64,000 nt of DNA from Asterias rubens (Eukaryota), in contig NC_047074.1 of assembly GCF_902459465.1 (NCBI RefSeq), positions 7,626,001 through 7,690,000 of the forward strand, written 5' to 3'. Position numbers and translations under genes: made by a program. Positions 51,566 through 63,864 of the stretch are shown in pieces. Each line of letters opens with the position of its first letter. Position 1 is the first letter of the stretch. The notes below the pieces were generated by a model, which worked only from the letters and a program-made list of their open reading frames with translations, was not told the origin of the DNA and made no database searches.

Positions 51566-51912
51566 AGGATTTGGGTACTTTTTGTAACACACAACACAAT
51601 GTCCACATATTTACATTAAACTTTACACCGTTTGAAGTTAATGATAGTAGAAAGCATGCTGTAGTTTTTGAGAGATGAGTTTTAAAAACAATGTTATGAA
51701 AATACGTTTTTACATGCAAAAATAATTTTCGTCTCATGATCACTGAGACAAATTTTTTTTCATGACATTGTTTTACTAATTTCTCAAAAACTACAGCACC
51801 TCAGCAAGTAATATTTTCAGGGAAGCTTTCTACTATACCATTATCTTCAAACTGTGTAAGTTTAGTGTAATTCTGTGGACGTGTTTTTTCCTACAAAAAG
51901 TACATAGACCCT
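51566..51912. mobile_element. Kolobok-like MITE family K5, complete
   Basis: TTAA|AGGATTTGGGTACTTTT...AAAAGTACATAGACCCT|TTAA. Confidence 0.8.
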
Positions 51913-52175
51913 TTAAACACAAATTAAAACGAATATTTTAAGATTTAGAGAAGTGATTGTTACGTCCCAAATAATAAACTGCAGTTTGTGGTTTTCTCCA
52001 TTTCTCCGGTTTTCTCCAAATGACATATATTCTGTCACATATGGAGCACCTTAGTTTCGTGACCTGTGACCTGAGTGTCATAATAAACCACTCTCTTGAT
52101 TCCCGACATGGTGTCAGTCTATTACACATTCTTGAGTATGACCGAGTCTCTCATTTAATTATTAGTATTTAATTA

Positions 52176-54167
52176 TTAGTATCTGCTTTTATTAACATTT
52201 TCTACACATTTTCTACACGAAATCGGTTTCGTAATTGGAACTCGCACGCAGTGCAAGATCTTGACCGAGTGAAAACTAGCTATGATTAGTTCACCGGCAG
52301 GAGTAAACGTCATGGATATAGCAAACAAGCCACGAGCTACACGGCCGATGTGCTCACCCGATGCATCGTAATGATGAATCTCACAGGCTCCCAATGTACC
52401 GTAATGAAGAGACACATATATGTCTCCAGCATCGTCGCAGCACACACCGACAGGTTTTACAGGTTTGCCGCCAATAGTGGTCCTGATATTGAACACCTCG
52501 TTTCCCATGAAATCCACACAAACCAGTTTCATCTTGTGGTAGTTTGTAAATATTAGTCGCTCTTTGCTGCTTACAGATATCCTGCATGGATTGCTTATAT
52601 CGCCATGATGTGTAGTATTAATGGTAGATCCGTCCATATTATGGAAAGATATAATCTTTCTTATACAGTCAGCCACTGCAATTCGATCTTTCTTATCCAC
52701 TGCGATTCCACTGAGTAGACTCTCTGACTGCCCATCGAATTCATTCTGCGAGGGTCTGAACTGACGAATGTATCTCAGTTCTCTGTCATAAACCTTTACG
52801 TCCTGTCCATCAGTAACCAGAAGCAGGTCATCAGAGGTCACGGCAACACCGTAAGGATGTTTTAGTTTACCATCCTCTGTTCCGCATTGAACGCCTGTGG
52901 ATTTGGGACAACCCTTTGCTGTAAATGTGCTTAATAGCTTTCTCTCTGTATCAGTAACAACCAAGTATCCAGTGTTAAAACAAGCAACGTCTGCTGCCAA
53001 CTTGAACTCCCCCTCACCTTCCCCTTTTCTACCAAACTCTGTCTTCACCTCCCACTTCTCTTCCTCTAGTATTTCACCGATATCCGCATCAGTGACGACA
53101 CCATGACCTTTGAACATGATGAATGACTTGCTACGCTGCACTGATCGAAACTGGAGCTCTTTGAGGAAAGTCAAGTTGTGCATAACCTTTGCCTTGAGGT
53201 CCAGCAGCTCAAAGTCATCAGCATATTGCATCAAGTTGTTGACTGAAGCTACGATTTGCTCTCCACGGCTCATCTTGTTGCAATTGCTGCTCCTGATGCT
53301 GCCAAATTTCTCACCTCTTTCTTGACCGATTTGAGTGACTCTTTTTTGTAGGAGGCGAGATGCATTTCTTATTTTAGCGATTTCCACTTTCTCCTTAGCC
53401 GCAATATCTCGAAGAGCCCGGTCGACCATGAGCTGTAATCTACGCTGCGAGTGTTTAACGGAGTCATCCACTTTTTGAAATTGCTTGCGACATTCATCGA
53501 AATTCATCAATTCCGCTGCGACAGCTTCACGAAAAACTCGAATGAAATCTTTGATTTCAAAGATTTTGTGTTTTGACGCTCGGTGATCATACACAACACA
53601 AACAGGGCACGCATGTACATCACAATTTTCGCAGTAAAAACGCAACTCCTGGTCAGTGTGTTTCCAGCACTTTGGAGATTTAGATTTGTCCTTGTCTTTG
53701 GGTCGCCCATTTGACGAGCCGACAGCATCATTGATCCGATGATGCCTGTGTCTTTTCGCGTGGTGTTCCAGACATGCAGTGCAAAAACTCATGTCACAGT
53801 CAACACACCATGAAACGGCTTTCAGACCTTCGTCGCATCCTTGGCAAGTTGAGCTACGAGGGTTGGTGTCTTCTTTTAGACCTTCAAGATTTATGACGTC
53901 GTCAATAAGTGAGCTCAAGAAAAAGCAGTTAAGAAGAGCCGACACTCCCTTTTCTGGGATTAAAGTGTTTTCTCTACAGACGGGACATATAATAATATTC
54001 GTTTTCGGATCCTGTTTGTCTGTAAGATCATGAAGGCATTTTAGGCAGAAGCTGTGCTGACAGTCCAGGATTTTTGGATCCGTGAACCGAGTCAGACAGA
54101 TTGGGCATTCGATGTGTATATGTCTAATCTTGCAAGTGGTCTCAGTGGGTGGTGCAGATTCGGCCAT
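52176..54167 (-). CDS. TRIM-NHL E3 ligase paralog, 663 aa, single coding exon
   Basis: Same architecture and long identical stretches with 39594-41534; start MAESAPP after the homologous acceptor; 22-aa C-terminal extension. Confidence 0.92.
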   Translation of the reverse strand: MAESAPPTETTCKIRHIHIECPICLTRFTDPKILDCQHSFCLKCLHDLTDKQDPKTNIIICPVCRENTLIPEKGVSALLNCFFLSSLIDDVINLEGLKEDTNPRSSTCQGCDEGLKAVSWCVDCDMSFCTACLEHHAKRHRHHRINDAVGSSNGRPKDKDKSKSPKCWKHTDQELRFYCENCDVHACPVCVVYDHRASKHKIFEIKDFIRVFREAVAAELMNFDECRKQFQKVDDSVKHSQRRLQLMVDRALRDIAAKEKVEIAKIRNASRLLQKRVTQIGQERGEKFGSIRSSNCNKMSRGEQIVASVNNLMQYADDFELLDLKAKVMHNLTFLKELQFRSVQRSKSFIMFKGHGVVTDADIGEILEEEKWEVKTEFGRKGEGEGEFKLAADVACFNTGYLVVTDTERKLLSTFTAKGCPKSTGVQCGTEDGKLKHPYGVAVTSDDLLLVTDGQDVKVYDRELRYIRQFRPSQNEFDGQSESLLSGIAVDKKDRIAVADCIRKIISFHNMDGSTINTTHHGDISNPCRISVSSKERLIFTNYHKMKLVCVDFMGNEVFNIRTTIGGKPVKPVGVCCDDAGDIYVSLHYGTLGACEIHHYDASGEHIGRVARGLFAISMTFTPAGELIIASFHSVKILHCVRVPITKPISCRKCVENVNKSRY

Positions 54168-55290
54168 TTTGATGAGAATGGGCAATCCTGTAACCTGAAA
54201 TAAAACGAATTTCATTTCGGTTAGTTTAAAGAATCAATGGCTGCGTTCGATTATGACGTAGAAGCTATTCTAACAGAGGGTTGTGTCGACCTTGGTCAAC
54301 CCGGAAAGGCTAATTAAACGCACCCATTGAGTGGAGCAATCAGATGAGTGGATACTTTTAGAAAGTGCAGAACCGATTAATGGGATAGGCGCGACAACTT
54401 GCGGTTAGAATCTAGTTTTGGTCCAACAAATGCATTGATGAACACATGAAGTGCCAGACGGTTCTGCATATTTGGCAAAACTGTATTTTGACTCAGAATG
54501 GTGTCGACCAACGACGTGACCAAAGCAAACTGCATGGTCTCGCTTTGTAGCAACTCTTTCGATCAAAAACAATACATGGTCTTACCACCTAAAATACCGC
54601 TAAAAAGGACTGGTGTCATTTCATGCCAAAATGAACATACTTATAGGTTCAAAACTATTCTCAGTGCTTTTCCCCTACAGTTGTTTTACCAAAACGTTTA
54701 ACTAAGGACAATCACACAAACAATTTTGTTCTGTAAACCATGTGCATTTTAGCTTTTGCCTGTGATACAAGTTCTTTATAATTGCCCGATTTCCAAATCG
54801 ATGGCTTTTGAAACCACTATGTTAACTCATTTTAATGTGGGTTCTGTATTTTGCATTTCTGCATTTTTAGCTGATTTTTACCGTGTTTATGATTTTTTCA
54901 AAACTGTAAACCATGTGCGATTCAGACTTTGCCTGCAATGCAAGATCGAGTCAGCATAAACTTGTCAGATCGAGTTTCATTAAAGGATTTGGTACTTTTC
55001 ATAAACAAAGTACTGATTTGTGTGAGCCATCGTGCTCATGTTTTAGAGTGTCCGATCTGTGTCGGTTATTGGACAGCATGAACTCCAAATGAAAGTTAAG
55101 TCCTACCTGAAGCTGTTGTTGCTTTGACTTCACTCTCTGCGTAGAGTTGATCCCTTTTGCTGAACTTCGGGAAGAGGCTAATGGCCGGCAGAAATTGGAT
55201 CCTGAAAGACAAACCCAAATAATATAGTGAACTTAGGCGAATGAATGTACGGTACATGTATCGGCTATACTAACACCCACGCGCAAAGGT

Positions 55291-55317
55291 AGTTTCTCAC
55301 AACTGGAAAAACCCACA
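55291..55317 (-). promoter_or_regulatory. Paralogous conserved upstream block with a Rel/NF-kB-like site
   Basis: GTGGGTTTTTCCAGTTGTGAGAAACT; see 43509-43535. Confidence 0.45.
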
Positions 55318-55392
55318 AGTATTTATAGCGTTCAATGGTGCCTGGATTGGTACTGCATTATAATGTAGCCTACCATTGCTAAAGAATCCAGC

Positions 55393-55697
55393 TATAGACC
55401 TTTCTTTTGTTGATAACCAAACAAACCGCCTTGGTTGGCATGGCCGGCCGAATCTTAGTAAAACACTTAATCGTAAAAACATATGTTTAAGCAAAATTCA
55501 ACATTTTCTGCAAGTTTTCAACAATAAGTAAAATACCCCTGTAATAAGTTGTTATGTATTAAACAAAATCAACAAATTTTGCTACATTGTTACCAAAAGT
55601 AGCGATCTTTTCTTGATTTGCACCTATGGCTTTCAATAGTTTTCCAATCTGGGTTGGCAAAAACTCGGGCTGTGACGTTGCTAAAGAAAGGTCTATA
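55393..55697. mobile_element. MITE (TIR ATAGACCTTTCTT), second copy at about 63256-63545
   Basis: The two copies are near-identical throughout; inverted termini TAGACCTTTCTTT / AAAGAAAGGTCTA. Confidence 0.8.
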
Positions 55698-55892
55698 CGA
55701 TGATTTACACAATTCGCCTATGTGTTTAAGGAACTTGATTATTTCAGTCATTTACCTGGTGACCCCAACATAAACAATAACACAAAAATTATGCCAATAC
55801 AACCTGTTTATGTTTGGTAGATGCATGACAGTTCGTCTGCGTACCCACATCGCAACGTCATCAAGTAGGCCCTGACCTTCACATTCCCTTAA

Positions 55893-56195
55893 AGACGCTG
55901 GACACTCAGTGGTAATTGTAAAAGACCAGTCTCCTCACTTGGTGTGTCTCAACATGTGCATAAAATAATAAACCTGTGAAAATTTGAGCTCAATTGGTGG
56001 TCGAAGTTGCGAGATAAATCTGAGGTCTCGAAATAAAATTTGTGGAAAATTGCTTCTTTCTCGAAAGCTATGTTAATTCAGAGGGAGCCGTTTCTCACAA
56101 TATTTTATACTATCGACCTCTCCATTATTCGATACCAAGTAATGTTTTATGCTAATAATTATTTTGAGTATTTACCAATAGTGTCCACACTGCCT
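55893..56195. mobile_element. Kolobok-like MITE family K1
   Basis: TTAA|AGACGCTGGACAC...GTGTCCACACTGCCT|TTAA. Confidence 0.8.
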
Positions 56196-58081
56196 TTAAG
56201 GAAAAAGAGGCGTTTTGGTAACAGCATAATTATTGTTATGCAAACTAAGCCAACAATGTGAACCACTTGGCTGCTGATGACACAAACAGTCCTGCTGTAA
56301 TTGCTGTTTACGGTGTTCATGTAGCTGTAACCGCTGTGAAATGTGCCGTACAGTCCTGCCATTGGGATTCGTTACCTGCCTTGTTAACTTTTGAAAGAAT
56401 TTTTATTCGAAAACGGAGGATCCGTTTTACTGTTGCTTCCATCACAAAAGCACCAATGGACCACAGCACTGTGGAATGTAGATCTAATTTAGCAAACATC
56501 CCTCGTCGAAAAAACCGGGACTCGAAAAGCATGTTGTTCTATCGACTTTTTATTTCAACAGAAAAAAATTACACGAATAGATTTATATAGAGAAAAAAAT
56601 CAGAATAGAGACACCTATCAGCATTTATTAAGTCTAAGCTTTAGGTATGAAACTTCTATGTATGGTATCATCTTCCTCAAGACAATCTACTTCATTTACC
56701 AATTTCAAAAGAAATACAAATGATATAAAAATGATATAAAATTTGCTGCATTACGTATATGGACATCAGACGATTCAGACGAAGGCTTTGGCACCACCAG
56801 ACTTGACTCAAATCCCAATCCCTTTGCCATTCTCGGAAAAACAGTAGCTACATTTTGACGGTGAGGGCGCACTGCTACACGGTTGGCACGGTTATTCCTA
56901 AGGGACGTCTCACACGAGAACGGGACTTGAATCAAGTCTAACACCACTCAGGTGGGGAAGCCACAATGGCATTTAGCGGTTTCTAATGGTTAATATTTTT
57001 ACCAAACGTTAAGGGTATTTAAACACTGCTAAACACCCAACGTTAATCTGTTCGATACTTGGCCGCCCAATGTATATTCATCAATTATTTAATGTACCCA
57101 AAGCGACAATTATCAACTTGTAATATATACTCAAAAAGATATACAACTCGCGGGCTGAAACACAATACACACATGGATGCCACAAGCAGGAAGTAGCTCT
57201 TTCGATGCACCAATCAGACAATGACCATTTTATTTTTATTTTTTTTAAAATTTATTTATTGACATCCAACAGCGGAAAGCCGCCACTTACAGGAATCGTT
57301 AAAACTATGTAAAAATATAAATTTAAATATGAATATAAATATAACAATATATCACATTAAAAATTACACAATATTATAAGTAGACAAAAATAGCAATGCA
57401 TTAAATGATTTTGTTTTATTATTAAAAATTTAAATTCGAATTCAAATACACGTGTACTTTCATACTTTCATAAACACAATTGACGACAAGTTCATGTATT
57501 ACGGAGTAAGTAAGGCAAACAGATCATTTTAGTAAACATAAATGTAATAAATAGAGTATGGGCCAATACGTCTATCTGGTATGTAAAGACGTAGCTTTAC
57601 TGACCGCTAGTTTAAGGGCGGTATCAATTCTTAATTTTCCTCCTGTGGTGTGGAGATTTGGGCAGTCTTGTTACTAGTACTAATTCGAGCTTGTATTTCA
57701 ATTAAGGTCGTTATAATATTATTCCTGAGCATGGATTACATTCCTTTAATGCGAAGGTGTAACCAGCATGCAGGGGACAGGGGTAGGAGTCACCCCTCCA
57801 CCCATTAGACCCCTCCCCTTCTTGGCTTCAATATGAGATCGGGAGTAATAATATGCACGAACGATAATTTCAATAAGTTTAATAATATCAGCACTTACAT
57901 ATAGCGCCTTTAATCATGTCGATATGCTCGAGGGTGCAAGTACAGATGGTTTGCCTTCCTCCCAATCATTGTTATAGCCTACCTGCACCCCCCCCCCTCC
58001 GCACCATAACTAATGTCTAGTTACGCCACTGCTTACAAGCAAAGCATAAACTGTGTCCATGTTGAATGGATGGAGTGTTAA

Positions 58082-58475
58082 AGACACTGGGCACTTTTGG
58101 TAATATTGTCAAAGACTAGTCTTGACAGTTGGTGTATCTCAACATATGCACAAAATAATAAACCTGTGAAAATTTGAGCTCAATCGGTTGTCGAAATTGC
58201 AAGATATTAATGAAAGAAAAAAAACCACCCTTGTCGCACCATGGTCACAGGAAGTTGTGTGCTTTTAGATGCTTGATTTCGAGACCTCAAATTCTAAATC
58301 TGAGGTCTTCAAATCAAATTCTTGGAAAATTACTTCTTTCTCGAGAACTACGTAACTTCAGAGGCAAATGTTTCTCACAAACTTTGCTGCTATCAACCTC
58401 TCCACATTACTCGTTACCAAGTAAGGTTTTGTGCTAATAATTATTTTGAGTAATTACCAATAGTGTCCACAGCCT
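58082..58475. mobile_element. Kolobok-like MITE family K1
   Basis: TTAA|AGACACTGGGCAC...GTGTCCACAGCCT|TTAA. Confidence 0.85.
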
Positions 58476-58969
58476 TTAAGCCGGTTATGGCCTGTAAAAA
58501 CCAATGACTTTTATCCAGATGAATTTTACTACAGCAATTTATTGGTTGTTGTTTGTTCATAATACGAGCACTTGGTATTGTGTGATATATTATGGATCTC
58601 TTACTCAAGGACTCTAAGTACGTCTCTGCATGACAAGATGACTATACCAACAATCCTGTGCAAAAGCATTTAATTAAATTTGCTCGTAAGGTCTACATTA
58701 TGCTACCTTTTATTGTTTTCTTTCTTCTTATAAACGTATCGACAAACAAGAAATTCTATAGACAAAATCAGAATAGGATCACCATAGTAGTATTGACGCA
58801 GATACTTGAAAACATCAGACGTTTACTATTAATAACCAATTGTTACCTGATGGTACCAAAGTAGGCTAAGCTTTTTTCATGCAAGTAACAATTTTCTAGC
58901 GTAGCTGGTCAGACTTTGTAATTTTATCTCCACCAGAGAGTCTTGTACATCTTTCTTGTATTCATTTCA

Positions 58970-59716
58970 ATGTCAACCATGAAGACTTTAGTTTTACTAT
59001 TCGCAGTTGCCCTTTATTTTGTGGTGTCGAGCTGCAATGAAGGTTTGATCTGCCCCACTGAGTGGGTGTTATATGGCGAGTCATGCTACAAGTCAGTAAT
59101 GGAGAAAATGGCTTTTGATACCGCAGTCATCACCTGTGCTGTTATGAGTGGCCACGTTGCAGTGCCTACGTCACTCTCAGAGCACCAGTTTATCTGGGAC
59201 ATGGTCAGTGAAGTCGCAGAAGGTCCTGTCTGGGTTGGCTGCACTGATAGGGAAGAAGAAGGCAAGTGGGTGCAGGTTGATGAGGTAGAGTGCAGTTTCT
59301 TCAACTGGGGTCCAGGAGAACCCAATAATGCTGGAGGTGAAAATTGTGTGTTAATGAATCCTCCTTTTGATGGTAGCTGGAATGATGGTCCATGTACCTG
59401 GCCGACCTACGTGGTCTGTCAGCGCCCTGCCGTCGCACCAACCATCCCGCCAGTCGGCCTGCACTGCCTGCAAGCAGACACCAACGGCCGCTTCGCATCC
59501 CACTGCCTGACCGGTCATGTCATCAAGGAGTTACCGATCAAAGGCGTCGTCGGGTGTGGTTCAGCGTGCCGGGATGAGCCTCGATGCCGCTCCTTCAATG
59601 TACGACTTAGACGCAGAAGCAACGAGAAGATCTGCCAGCTCAACAACGTCACTCGTGAGGAAGCTGATAACGAGGATATTGACATGGACAATGCTTGTTA
59701 CTATTTCAACATCTGA
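58970..59716 (+). CDS. Intact secreted C-type lectin + PAN/apple protein (EPN/WND, mannose-type motif), 248 aa
   Basis: Signal peptide MSTMKTLVLLFAVALYFVVSSC; CPTEW...SCY, VWVGC, WGPGEPNN...ENC, WNDGPC...VVCQ; PAN CLTGH...CGSAC...CRSFN...CQLNN...CYYF. A likely 5'-UTR acceptor ends at 58935. Confidence 0.92.
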   Translation: MSTMKTLVLLFAVALYFVVSSCNEGLICPTEWVLYGESCYKSVMEKMAFDTAVITCAVMSGHVAVPTSLSEHQFIWDMVSEVAEGPVWVGCTDREEEGKWVQVDEVECSFFNWGPGEPNNAGGENCVLMNPPFDGSWNDGPCTWPTYVVCQRPAVAPTIPPVGLHCLQADTNGRFASHCLTGHVIKELPIKGVVGCGSACRDEPRCRSFNVRLRRRSNEKICQLNNVTREEADNEDIDMDNACYYFNI

Positions 59717-61831
59717 CAACATACATCCAAGCTTGTCCGTGGACCTCCTATTGTCCCTCTTTCGTTTATACTAAACTTTTTTGCAACAGCCCCATTGGTT
59801 TTGTACACATTTTCCAACTGTGGACCTTTCCCAAACATTTGACTGTATTGTCCTCATTTGAATATGTGTACCTACTCATACGATTATTAATCAGTTATTG
59901 ATATAACCTTTCAGGAAGTTACAGTTTTTGAGTTTGTTTGTTTGAACATAAAGTGCCACCTGCAAAATCAATGGAAGCTTCATTCTATGGCGTCACATAC
60001 TGTAAAATTAACGGTCAAGCTGTGACATTTTTGAGGATTTACCCTTTCAATAAACACAGTTATGGACGTGGTTCGAGACAAAACAAAAGATGCCATAATC
60101 TTTATTTTCCATTTTTGGTGTTCACCTCACAAATTTTTACCGCTGAATACTTGAAATATTCGTAAGATATTGGTAAGGAGAGTGCAAATGACCTATCGAC
60201 CACCACTAATCATAGAGAAAAGAACTTGATCTTTCAATAGTATACAAAATGTATAAAACCAAAACCAACAATCTTCTGAAATATTTGTTGTTCAATATTT
60301 CACTCATGTAAACACATCAAAGGGTCATCCTGGTGCTGCAGCTTTGGTCAAGCTAGCTGTGCACCTCATTTACGTTTAAATCGAGAATTAGGCTACTGAT
60401 AACAACGAAATTAATAAATGTCAGTAATTATGAATTACCATTATAGGTTTCCTTTGTCATTCTTATGCAAAAATCAGCCTTTTTCACTTTCATTATTTTC
60501 TATTCAACCGAAATCGTCTCTTCAGTGATGGAAAAAGTAATTCGGTTTTCACTTGAAGACCGTACATAAAAAACAACATTATATTTAAATAAACCGATGA
60601 GGCATTTTGGCCAAATGAAGTCACCTTTAATTCAATAGAGATAGGCGCAACTATTAAGGCTTCTTCTGCCTAAAGTTGTTGCGAATTTGACTGCAGATTT
60701 GCAAAACAACTTATTTTTATTTTCTCGCATAACGCATATTCGTATAAACTGGCCGATTTGTTGACCGGTAACCTATAGTAATTTGACAGACACAAATACT
60801 TTTTTTAAGTGGGAATTATGGTCATTCTCGTCCTCCATATCTACTATACAAAAACAAATACACACATATTCTACGAACTGCTTGTGCCAATAAACATTAA
60901 AAAGCTAAATTACAAACTAAAACAGCTATAATCAAGAATTTTTTTACAATTTTGGCCAAAACGATGAAAATTACAAATTTGGTCATACCTCACTAATGGA
61001 CTCACAGTAGACCTAAGATGCATTTAGTTATAAACCAGATTCCCAAAATACTGCCCTCATCGTGAGGTACAGCCATGAAATTCGGCCCATGTCGTACTGT
61101 CGAAACTTATCTTAGGTCACAGGTTTTCAACTAATTTAGTTGTGTCTGTTTTCCTCCGTTTGTTATGGTTTTGAATCATTTTTCAAAATTACAGCTCCCA
61201 TCAAATAACATTTTACGGGAAGCTTTCTACCATCTTCAAACTGTGTAAGTTTAATGTAAACCTATGGACCAAAAGTTCCAACACCCTTTAATATCTCCTT
61301 TTTTTTTTAAATTTACCTCTTTTAAACACAGCGATCACTATGCAGTTTTGGTCAAAATATGCACTTCCAATATCTATAATAAACAAGGCCACTGTTCTTA
61401 CATCGAAATTTGATAGATCAATAAAAACGCCAAATTGTTATAGGTTTCCCTTGTCATTCTTAGGCACAAAAAACCAAATTAATTTCAATAATTGTTTATT
61501 TGAAACCGAAATCGTCTTTTCAGTGGAAAGGTTTATTCAGTTTTCCTTTAAAGACTGTACATTTAAACAGCATTTATTTACAAGGCGTTTTAGCCATGAC
61601 TTCAGTTTTAGTCGATTAATAATTTGGATTATAAAGCATTTCCTTAAATGGCCTTAAATCGATTTTTTTTCTTTCTGGCGGAAATAGAATAATGCGGCGT
61701 TTAAATTGGCCACTTATTTGACTTGGAAACCTACATTAGTTCGACGGATAAAATACAATTTACAATTTAAGGATTTTTTTTTCTGATGTGGAGTACTTAG
61801 GATAAGGGAACCATTGGTGGTGAAGAGGTTT

Positions 61832-62095
61832 TCAACTAGTGGTTTAATCCCAACGAGGCCTGGTTCTTGATAATTTTACCGAGACGAAGTCGAGGTAAAT
61901 TATAAAGAACCAGGGGTCGATTTCACGAAGAGTAAGGACTAGTCCTAACTTAGGTATAGTCCTAGAAGATATACAAATTGCATGAATAGTCCTAAGTTAG
62001 GACGAGTAACTGGTCCTAACTCGAGATAAGACTAGTCCTAACTCTTTGTGAAATCCAGCCCTACCTCGGTGGATTTAAACCACTAATTGAAAACT
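61832..62095. mobile_element. Palindromic element with a nested MITE (about 61913-62061)
   Basis: Outer TCAACTAGTGGTTTAA / TTAAACCACTAATTGA around ACCGAGACGAAGTCGAGGT; inner TIR GGGTCGATTTCACGAAGAGT / ACTCTTTGTGAAATCCAGCCC. Confidence 0.65.
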
Positions 62096-63864
62096 GATTC
62101 AACACACTTTGATTCCCATTCATAAATACCTTTTCGGTCAACAACATCATCACTTGTTTGTTAAAAAGTAAAAAAATTATAATTGTTAAATGATTTCTTT
62201 TATTACACAACACCCCTCCAGCTATGAAATGGTAGAGCCCTCCGCTGCCCTGGCGTAATCAACTCCTTATAAGGGAATGCTGTGGGCGTCGCGCGTATCG
62301 CGTGATGTGGCACAACCATTATATATGGAATAGAATAACTATATCGGCCGCGCGTACATACGCGGGTTCTGGCATGGGGGCTGTCATTGCCTATCTCCCG
62401 TGTACATTTTCTGTGCGTTGCCGTCAGCACGTGAGGCTTTGCCGTCAGCACGTGACATTTAGCGCGTCAAAGGCCTATCTCCCGTGTTCATTTCCGCGCG
62501 TCGCCTTTCGAACGTGAAATTTTTACCGCGTCCATGGCGAACAAAAACTTTTTCTACACAGGCAATGGCGCGTATGTACGCGCGGCCGATCCATTTATTT
62601 TAATTATATATCTATGGGCACAACTGTTTCAGCCGTTGCTCTCGACCAATAGGAATAAAGAAACTGTTTTATAAGAACAGATGCAAGGTCGCGTGTCACA
62701 TCCATGAATTAACATTTTTTACCGGTCATTAACAAAAGGTTTATGCACGCCCACGTGACGCGCTCTCCACCAATAGGAGTAGAGAAGCTGTCTGAGGTAT
62801 TTATGAATACCTCTTAAGGCCTATCTATATTAAGCTAAAACAAAATTTAACTCATATTATTCTATGAACTGTTATGAAATGCAAATTATAGAAACAAGCT
62901 AAATGCAAACTCAAACGGTTTCATGTACTCTAAAAGTTTCCAAGCATTATATTTGCCCTAAAAATGCGTCCTGGATGGTGGTTAATTGAGACTCACTGAC
63001 GATTTTTATCAGTAAATACAGGAACTATCATGGGTCATGTTGTGTTCGAAGGAATCAGTTGTACCTCATAAATCTTGTTTTTCACACGAAATCTCTTTTT
63101 ACCGAAATTTGATAACAATGCAGGACTTGACCCTTTCAATTAATAGTTCAAATTTATGTGCACAATTTAAAATTTGCCATCTCCAAGACCAGTGTGGTTA
63201 GCCTCGTACCGTGCTGAAATTTTTAAAGTTAACGCCATTTTGCATTGCGTGCTATTATAGACCTTTCTTTTGTTGATAAACAAACCGCCTTGGTTGGCAT
63301 GGTCGGCTGAATGTTAGTAAAACACTAAATCTTGTTTTAACCAAATTCAGCATTTTCTGCAAATTTTCAATTAAATAAAATACCTTTCACAATTATTTGT
63401 TTTGGTTTTAACAAAATCAACAAATTTGGTTACATTGTTACAAAAAATAGCGATCTTTTCTTAATTTGCACTTACGGCTTTCCATAGTTTTCCAATCTGG
63501 GTTGGCAAAAACTCGAGCTGTGACGTTGCAAAAGAAAGGTCCATTGATCGGGAAAAGACTTAACGCACGGGTGATCACGTGAAAGTAATACGTCACCGTT
63601 TGGACTTTGCTTTGTTTTTATTTGTTGAATGCTCGTCCTTAATTAATCGTAAGTTTAGTCGTGATTTTTGGGGTGAATGTTGGTGAATCGAAGTAAATTT
63701 TCACATCTTCGGTCACAAGCTGAGATCATTACTGTTATCACCAATAAACATAAACTTTAAAATACTGGCACTGACTAGTGTCTATACAAATCCAGTTTGT
63801 TTTACTTTCTCTGTTAAAAAGGTCTTTATATTTGACCTCACCTAACCCGAACTCAGTGACTTGA

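Noticed and set aside
57240-57480. Possible L1/Tx1 3' fragment
   Set aside because: The resemblance is too weak in very AT-rich sequence to call without a search.
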